The position numbers and the translations under genes were made by a program. The notes under the pieces are model-generated. The model made no database searches and had not been told where the DNA came from. It saw only the letters and a program-made list of their open reading frames with translations. This document shows, piece after piece, positions 9,386 through 16,091 of a DNA stretch of 64,000 nt (position 1 is the stretch's first letter; each line of letters opens with the position of its first letter). The DNA is taken from positions 25,283 through 89,282 of the forward strand of contig CACJML010000005.1 of NCBI GenBank assembly GCA_902594515.1, in the 5' to 3' direction. Source of the DNA: an uncultured SAR86 cluster bacterium. Its GTDB lineage: Bacteria; Pseudomonadota; Gammaproteobacteria; Magnimaribacterales; D2472.

Positions 9386-9416
9386 ATAATAACTAATTTT
9401 ACCTAATAGTAAAATT
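9386..9416 (-). promoter_or_regulatory. Predicted promoter (TTTACT-N16-TATTAT) with embedded inverted repeat AATTTTAC-N6-GTAAAATT, upstream of paralog B
   Basis: Read directly on the minus strand: AATTTTACTATTAGGTAAAATTAGTTATTAT. The TTTACT, GTAAAA and TATNAT elements and the ATAGGAG RBS are at identical spacing to those of paralog A. Confidence 0.45.
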
Positions 9417-9484
9417 TAAAAATATCTTAGCTTTTTAAGCCTCATTAATTTAAAGTGCATAATTCAAAACAGTGGGGATAAAAA

Positions 9485-9727
9485 ATGATTGAAAATTTTC
9501 TTATGTATGGGCAATGGGTAATACTGATATTAAGCATTATGAGCTTGTATTTAGTTAGTTCAGTTCATCATGAATCTAGATTAAATGGATATATTTTGAC
9601 AGGAGTATCAAGATTTTCTGGCGCTGTAATATTCATATTTGTAGATTTATTTGCATTTGTGATAGCTAATTTAATACAGACTTATATAGCTTTTAATGGG
9701 TATTACAAAAATAAGAATCATAGATAA
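9485..9727 (+). CDS. Small membrane protein (about 3 TM), unknown function
   Basis: 80 aa with GGGGA RBS 6-7 nt upstream. It has three hydrophobic stretches and is divergent from the paralog pair. No family recognised. Confidence 0.5.
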   Translation: MIENFLMYGQWVILILSIMSLYLVSSVHHESRLNGYILTGVSRFSGAVIFIFVDLFAFVIANLIQTYIAFNGYYKNKNHR

Positions 9728-9780
9728 AATAGACATTAATTCCTTAATCGATAAAACTTATAGAGGTTTTAAATAAAACT

Positions 9781-11328
9781 ATGAATGCTTCCGATGCTTT
9801 AATAAAAACACTCATAAACAATGGATTAGAGGTTGTTTTTGCTAATCCTGGTACCTCTGAGATGCATCTAGTAGCCGCAATAGATCATAACCCTGCGGTT
9901 AGACCTGTTTTAGGTTTATTTGAAGGGGTGGTGAGCGGTGCCGCTGATGGATATGCAAGAATGTCAGGAAAATCAGCCGCCAACCTTCTTCATCTTGGAC
10001 CTGGCTTAGGTAATGCATTTGCTAACATTCATAACGCCAAAAAAGCCTTTTCACCAATGATAAATATTGTTGGTGATCATGCTTCTTATCATCTTAAACA
10101 TAATGCCCCATTAACATCTGATCTTGATGGTTTGGCTAAATCTTCATCAGATTGGGTTAGAAGAGTTGGTAGCCCTGAACAAATTACCCAGTGTGCTAAT
10201 GATGCATGGAAAGTAGCCAATGAATCTCCAGGCAATATTGCAACATTAATTGTTCCGGCAGATTATGCATGGAGTAATATACAGTCAGATTTGCCAAAAA
10301 AAGTTAAATTAAATAACCGCAAATCAGTAGATAGCAAATTAATTGAAGCTGCATATAAACTGCTTTCGAAGCCTAATTCTATGCTGTATCTCGGAGGTAA
10401 ATTTCTTGATGAAGAATGTTTAAAATTTGCCGCACAAATTGCAACTAAAACAGGCTGCAGACTTGTAACTGATACATTTGTTTCTCGCATCAGAAGGGGC
10501 GCAGGACTACCAATTATTCAACAAGTTCCTTATTTTTCTGAAATGGCTGAAGATTTCCTGCAAGGAACTGAATCAATCGTTTTCATCGGGACTAAGCCAC
10601 CAGTATCATTTTTTGCTTATCCTGATAAGAAAAGCTTTCTATCTCCTGATGAAGCTGAATTGTTTCAATTGTGTTCAGTTGAGGAAGATGGTCATGAAGC
10701 ATTAGCATTATTAAGTGAACTATCGGGCTCACCAAAAATAGCTAATGACTTAATTCGACCGCATATATCTGAGGTTCCCACATCAGGTGACCTAGATGTT
10801 ACGACTCTAGGACCTTTAATAGCAGACTTAATGCCAGAAGAATCTATCGTATCGGATGAGTCAGCAACCTCAAGTCTTATTGTTACTCCTTTTGCTCTTC
10901 AAGCTAAACCACATGACTGGCTAGCTCTCACTGGTGGATCCATTGGTCAGGGACTACCTCTAGCAATTGGCGCATCAATTGCTAAACCTGATCGACCAGT
11001 TATAACTTTACATGGAGATGGAGGGGCCATGTATACCGTCCAAGCCCTATGGACCCAAGCAAGAGAAAATTTGAACATAACAAATATCATTTTTTCAAAT
11101 CGATCATATGAAATACTAAAAATCGAACTTGATCGAGTTCAAGCTGTTGAAACTGGAGAGCGAGCAGCCTCAATGTTTTCAATGGATAATCCTCCTATTG
11201 ATTGGGTTAATCTTGCTGAATCAATGGGTGTGCAAGGTTACAAACCAAAAACTGTAAAAGAGTTTAAAGACGTATTTAGTAAATCCGTTAATGAATCAGG
11301 CCCATCACTTATTGAAATTGAAATATAA
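9781..11328 (+). CDS. Thiamine diphosphate-dependent enzyme (acetolactate synthase / benzoylformate decarboxylase superfamily), specificity unknown
   Basis: 515 aa. N-terminal Pyr domain (VVFANPGTSEMHLV) and C-terminal ThDP motif GDGGAMYTVQALWT...NIIFSNRSY. Confidence 0.75.
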   Translation: MNASDALIKTLINNGLEVVFANPGTSEMHLVAAIDHNPAVRPVLGLFEGVVSGAADGYARMSGKSAANLLHLGPGLGNAFANIHNAKKAFSPMINIVGDHASYHLKHNAPLTSDLDGLAKSSSDWVRRVGSPEQITQCANDAWKVANESPGNIATLIVPADYAWSNIQSDLPKKVKLNNRKSVDSKLIEAAYKLLSKPNSMLYLGGKFLDEECLKFAAQIATKTGCRLVTDTFVSRIRRGAGLPIIQQVPYFSEMAEDFLQGTESIVFIGTKPPVSFFAYPDKKSFLSPDEAELFQLCSVEEDGHEALALLSELSGSPKIANDLIRPHISEVPTSGDLDVTTLGPLIADLMPEESIVSDESATSSLIVTPFALQAKPHDWLALTGGSIGQGLPLAIGASIAKPDRPVITLHGDGGAMYTVQALWTQARENLNITNIIFSNRSYEILKIELDRVQAVETGERAASMFSMDNPPIDWVNLAESMGVQGYKPKTVKEFKDVFSKSVNESGPSLIEIEI

Positions 11329-11335
11329 TTTATAA

Positions 11336-13141
11336 ATGAAAAAAGTCATTGAATTTTTTAGGGTATTAACTCAACTAAAATATCTAATACCTCTCATGAG
11401 GTATAAGTGGCCTGATCCAGAATCTAACGCTTCCCTAGCACATATGTTTGAGGAAGCTGTTGATCAGTACAGTTCCAGACCTTTTATGTTTTTTGATGAT
11501 GAAATCTGGACTTATGAAAGGACCAATAAAGCTGCAAATACTCTTGCTAAATATCTTGTATCACGTGGCGTTAAACACAGTGATAGAGTCGTTTTGTTTA
11601 TGCAGAATAGACCGGATTATATTGTTGCTCTTTTAGCTTTGAATAAGATTGGGGCCATTGGTGTTCTTATTAATTCCTCCCTAACAGGCGATCCGTTAAT
11701 TCATTGTGTTAATTCCTCAGAATCTAGTTTATGCATAGTTGGAGCTGAACTTGCTCCTGCTATTGAAGAGGTAATTAATAAGTTAAACGTTAAAGGAAAT
11801 GATAAATTCCTTTGGGTAAGTGATGGTGATTCATACACAAAACCTGATTGGTGTATAAACCTTCGCTCAGCTATCGATACATCTGATGATGCAAATTTAG
11901 AAGAAACCAATAACGTTAAAGCAAAAGATACTGCTTTTTACATATTTACTTCTGGAACAACTGGTGTTCCTAAAGCGGCTATCTTTCCCAACGTGAAAAT
12001 TGTTGCAGCTTCAACCAATATCTCAACTGGTGGCTATCGTATGGATCATACAGATTGCATGTATAACTGCCTGCCTTTATATCACTCTACAGGGTTAATG
12101 CTCGGTTTATGTGCTTGCGTAAGAGTAGGCGCTTCAACCCTTATAAAACGAAAATTTTCAGCTTCCTCATTTTGGAGAGAAGTATCAGAGTTTAATACCA
12201 CTTTATTTGTTTATGTAGGTGAGCTTTGCAGATATCTTGCAAACCAAGAACCAAATGAATTTGAAGAAAATAATCCAATTAGAGCAATGGTTGGTAATGG
12301 ATTGCGCCCAGATTTATGGGATGCTTTTAGAAATAGATTTAACGTTGAGATGATTTGTGAAATTTATGGAGCCAGTGAAGGGAATGCTCTTTTTATGAAT
12401 TTACTTAACAAAGAAAAAACCATTGGTATGACCAATGTTGATGTTGAATTAATTAAATATGATGTTGCTGAGGATAGCATCTTTAAAGACTCAAATAACA
12501 AATACCAAAAAGTTGAATTTGGAAAACCAGGTTTATTGATAAATAAAATTTCTGATAATTCAATTTTTAATGGTTATACAGATCCAAAAGAAAGTGAAAA
12601 GAAAGTTTTAAGAAATGTATTTGATGATGGTGATGCTTGGTTTAATACTGGCGATTTAATTCAAGAAATTGACGTTGGGTATGCTCTTGGAAGAAGGCAC
12701 TTCCAATTTGTAGATAGAATTGGTGACACCTTTAGATGGAAATCAGAAAATGTTTCTACGAATGAGGTAGCTGAAATTCTAAATGGTCATAGTTCTATCA
12801 ATATGGCAAATGTTTATGGTGTTAAGGTACCTAATGCTGAAGGAAGAGCAGGGATGGCTGCTTTTACTGTCGAAAATAACGAAACCATTGACTGGGCTGA
12901 TTTATCAGATTTTGTTAGTAGAAATCTTCCTAAATATGCAAGGCCAGTTTTTATAAGAATTATTAGCGAAGTTGATACTACTGGAACGTTTAAGCTTAAG
13001 AAAAATGATCTTAGAGAGGAGGGCTATGACATCAATAAGCACAATGATGAGATTTATTTCATGATGCCTAACACCGATCAGTATAAAAAGTTAGATCAAG
13101 AGTGGAATAATAAAATTAATTCTGGTCAAGCAGGTTATTAG
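11336..13141 (+). CDS. FATP-type (very-)long-chain acyl-CoA synthetase
   Basis: 601 aa. AMP-binding motif YIFTSGTTGVPKAA and the FATP/SLC27-like signature DRIGDTFRWKSENVSTNEV. It starts 7 nt after the ThDP gene. Confidence 0.8.
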   Translation: MKKVIEFFRVLTQLKYLIPLMRYKWPDPESNASLAHMFEEAVDQYSSRPFMFFDDEIWTYERTNKAANTLAKYLVSRGVKHSDRVVLFMQNRPDYIVALLALNKIGAIGVLINSSLTGDPLIHCVNSSESSLCIVGAELAPAIEEVINKLNVKGNDKFLWVSDGDSYTKPDWCINLRSAIDTSDDANLEETNNVKAKDTAFYIFTSGTTGVPKAAIFPNVKIVAASTNISTGGYRMDHTDCMYNCLPLYHSTGLMLGLCACVRVGASTLIKRKFSASSFWREVSEFNTTLFVYVGELCRYLANQEPNEFEENNPIRAMVGNGLRPDLWDAFRNRFNVEMICEIYGASEGNALFMNLLNKEKTIGMTNVDVELIKYDVAEDSIFKDSNNKYQKVEFGKPGLLINKISDNSIFNGYTDPKESEKKVLRNVFDDGDAWFNTGDLIQEIDVGYALGRRHFQFVDRIGDTFRWKSENVSTNEVAEILNGHSSINMANVYGVKVPNAEGRAGMAAFTVENNETIDWADLSDFVSRNLPKYARPVFIRIISEVDTTGTFKLKKNDLREEGYDINKHNDEIYFMMPNTDQYKKLDQEWNNKINSGQAGY

Positions 13142-13150
13142 TTAATCAGC

Positions 13151-13735
13151 ATGAGCAACTATCAAATTGCTGTTCCGCAACACTTAAAAGCTAATAGACC
13201 AAAATTTATTATTAATATATCTTCTTGGGTACTTAAGCTTCAAAAATGGAAAATCAATGGCGCAATTCCTGAAGAAAAGAGGGTTGTTCTTGTTATTGGG
13301 CCTCATACATCCAATTGGGACTTTATAATAGGGGTTTTGGTTATCTTGAGCCTTGATGCCAAGATTAATTGGCTTGGCAAACATACAATTTTTAAAAAAG
13401 GATTTAAAGGCTTGCTAACAAGATTAGGAGGTATTCCTGTAAATCGTCAAGATCCATCGGACCTTTTTTCTAAAATCAAAGTAATTACTGAAAAATCAAA
13501 TGGTTACTTGATAGGCATGGCTCCTGAAGGAACTAGAAAAAAAGTTTTGAAACTAAAATCTGGATTCATTCGTATTGCTAAACAGACCAACAGCAAAATA
13601 ATGTTAGCAGGTATAGATTTCCAAAAAAAAATTGTTAATTTAGACAAATTTTTCACACCAACAGGCGATCTAAACAATGATCTGCTTTTTGTCCAAGACT
13701 ATTTCAGTCGTTATTCAGGTAAAAGACAACAGTAA
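13151..13735 (+). CDS. Lysophospholipid/glycerolipid acyltransferase (PlsC-like)
   Basis: 194 aa. H-x4-D motif HTSNWD and APEGTR motif. It starts 9 nt after the synthetase gene. Confidence 0.7.
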   Translation: MSNYQIAVPQHLKANRPKFIINISSWVLKLQKWKINGAIPEEKRVVLVIGPHTSNWDFIIGVLVILSLDAKINWLGKHTIFKKGFKGLLTRLGGIPVNRQDPSDLFSKIKVITEKSNGYLIGMAPEGTRKKVLKLKSGFIRIAKQTNSKIMLAGIDFQKKIVNLDKFFTPTGDLNNDLLFVQDYFSRYSGKRQQ

Positions 13736-13812
13736 ATGATTTGACCTACTATTTAAAACATTAGATTTTTAGGATTTTAATGTTTATATTAAATATATTC
13801 TGGAGACAAATT

Positions 13813-14493
13813 ATGAAATTAAATAAATTTTTATTCTTTTTTTCAGCAGTCTTTCTACTCCCAATAAATTCAGCACCTGAAGGAGCGTTTACATCCCTTC
13901 ATGTTAAAGCAATGGATATAGCAAAGTATGTTGATTATATGAAAAAAAATACTGCGCCGTTTGAAGCTATTGGCTCTGATGTTGCTGGTGTTTGTGTGAC
14001 ACGATCAGGAAATCAATATCCTGGTGAGATGTTCGTATGGAATGCTTATGGGAGCATTGAGGACGCTTTTATAGCTTCACAGAAATATGATCCTATGACC
14101 CCAAACAAGCAATTTGAGAAACTTAGAAAAGTTAAGTACGCAGCCACATGGAAACCCGTTAAAGACTTTGAATTGAGACCAGGATATGAAAGGCTGTGGA
14201 GATTAAAACTTAATGACTGGAGAGCATTTGCAAAAAAAATGGAAGAACTAGAAACTTCTTTAAAAGCTGCAGGTCATGATATGCGTATTGGAGTATTCTA
14301 TCCATTGGGTGGTGGAACAGAAGTTTTCCATCTCCGTGCTGTTACAGATACTGCATCACAATCAGGTAAAGTGGCTGATGAATATTTTGCAGGTGCTTCT
14401 TATGGAAAAATTTGGGATTCTGCATTTCAATATGTTGATGAGGTAGTAAGTGAGACTGTTGAAGAATGTGAAATTATCTATACTAAAAACTAG
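13813..14493 (+). CDS. Secreted hypothetical protein
   Basis: The ORF track starts at 13780. I prefer the ATG at 13813 (GGAGA RBS; MKLNKFLFFFSAVFLLPINSA is a typical signal peptide). There is a possible internal two-module repeat by eye. No family recognised. Confidence 0.6.
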   Translation: MKLNKFLFFFSAVFLLPINSAPEGAFTSLHVKAMDIAKYVDYMKKNTAPFEAIGSDVAGVCVTRSGNQYPGEMFVWNAYGSIEDAFIASQKYDPMTPNKQFEKLRKVKYAATWKPVKDFELRPGYERLWRLKLNDWRAFAKKMEELETSLKAAGHDMRIGVFYPLGGGTEVFHLRAVTDTASQSGKVADEYFAGASYGKIWDSAFQYVDEVVSETVEECEIIYTKN

Positions 14494-14504
14494 GATTATC
14501 AATT

Positions 14505-15035
14505 ATGAATAAATTAATTTTATTATCCATATTAACATTTTCATTTTTTACTTTTGCTGTTGAGACAACGAAGATCGGAGACGTTGATCTAGGCGAAACT
14601 GAGCACAGCGAGGCTTTTTTATTTATTAAAAACAATATGCTTGGAAAATGGAAGGGCAAGCTTACACAAGACTCAGGAAATGTAATCAATGCAAGTTATC
14701 ATTTTAAATTGGTTTCAAATGGAAATACTATCAGAGAAGAACTTATTGAGGATGGTGTAGAGATGTTTACTACTTATTCTGATAAGGATGGAGAGCTGGT
14801 GATAAAACATTATTGTGCTCTGGGTACTGAACCAATGTTTAAGGTTGCTAAATTATCTTCCAACTCTATTGCGTTTAAATCTGATCCACAACCTGGCTAT
14901 CATAAAGATCATCATAATTTTGTAAGATCAATAGCATGGGAGATGGTTGGATCAAATAAGATGATAATGAAAAATAGTATCTTTATTGATGGCAAGATCG
15001 AAAATAATAAAGCATCAATAAAAAGAACCTACTAA
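14505..15035 (+). CDS. Secreted hypothetical protein
   Basis: 176 aa with signal peptide MNKLILLSILTFSFFTFA. Beta-rich composition. No family recognised. Confidence 0.6.
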   Translation: MNKLILLSILTFSFFTFAVETTKIGDVDLGETEHSEAFLFIKNNMLGKWKGKLTQDSGNVINASYHFKLVSNGNTIREELIEDGVEMFTTYSDKDGELVIKHYCALGTEPMFKVAKLSSNSIAFKSDPQPGYHKDHHNFVRSIAWEMVGSNKMIMKNSIFIDGKIENNKASIKRTY

Positions 15036-15056
15036 GCTGCAAGCTATTTATTTTTG

Positions 15057-16079
15057 ATGAATAAATTTCTATTTGTTATCAGCTTCACTTTATTTCTACC
15101 CGTATTGTTTGCAGATAATAAAGAAAACCATATTGGTATGGCCAAGTTTTTAGGCAATGAAACTTGGAACAGGTGTGCATCATTAATGCTTGATAAAGAT
15201 GCTGATGTTTATGAGCTTTCTTATGAAAGGTCTGGATCAATGCCGCTTTCCCCATTTGCGGGAAAATTTATTCCAAAATTTCTTCCAACTGGACCAACAA
15301 AAAATGAAGTTCAGCTTGCAAATATGGATGTCTTAAATGAGGATGTAAATACAGCCAATCAAGGAACACAAATGGATGCGTTTGGCCATTTTGCATACAC
15401 AGAGAAAGTTTGGGATGGTGAGGCTAAAATAAAAAATAATGAGATTAAATATTTTGATGGTCTTACACAAGATGACGTAAAACCAACTCAAAACTCACCG
15501 TTATTAAAATTAGGAATCGAAAATGTTCCTCCTATTATCACCAGTGCACTCCTTCTAGATGTCCGAAAATTTGCTAATCAAGGAAAAAAATATTCTGCAG
15601 GTGAATTTATTACCAGGGATGATCTTGAAATAACACTTCAGAAATCTGGATTAAGTAAGAGAGGTATTTTACCTGGTGATGTAATCATGATTTATACTGG
15701 CTGGAGTGATTATTATAAAGATCCTGATACAACAAAAATATACTATTCAACTGCTCCAGGTATATCTTATGATGCTGCTAAATACCTTGCTTCTAAAGAA
15801 GTTGTTGCAGTGGGTTTAGATACATGTTGTGTTGATGCAAGACCTGACCCAAATAATCCAGATTCATTTAAACAACCTGAAGGAACACCTAAAAATCAAA
15901 GTTTTCCAGTGCATGATTACTTTTTAACAAAGGTAGGTGTTCATACACTTGAGAACTTAAATCTAAAAAAAATTGCAAATAATGGTGTTTATGAGTCATG
16001 TACGATGATACTGCCTCTTAAATCAAAAGGTAGTGCAGGATCACCAATTAGACCGGTGGCGATTGGTAAGGCTAGCTAA
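15057..16079 (+). CDS. Putative cyclase / kynurenine-formamidase-family protein, secreted, divergent metal motif
   Basis: About 340 aa from the ATG at 15057, with a signal peptide. NQGTQMDAFGHF aligns with the family motif HxGTHxDxPxH, but both leading His are replaced. The C-terminal FPVHDYFL...HTLENLNL resembles the family. Confidence 0.45.
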   Translation: MNKFLFVISFTLFLPVLFADNKENHIGMAKFLGNETWNRCASLMLDKDADVYELSYERSGSMPLSPFAGKFIPKFLPTGPTKNEVQLANMDVLNEDVNTANQGTQMDAFGHFAYTEKVWDGEAKIKNNEIKYFDGLTQDDVKPTQNSPLLKLGIENVPPIITSALLLDVRKFANQGKKYSAGEFITRDDLEITLQKSGLSKRGILPGDVIMIYTGWSDYYKDPDTTKIYYSTAPGISYDAAKYLASKEVVAVGLDTCCVDARPDPNNPDSFKQPEGTPKNQSFPVHDYFLTKVGVHTLENLNLKKIANNGVYESCTMILPLKSKGSAGSPIRPVAIGKAS

Positions 16080-16091
16080 GGTACGCTAATT

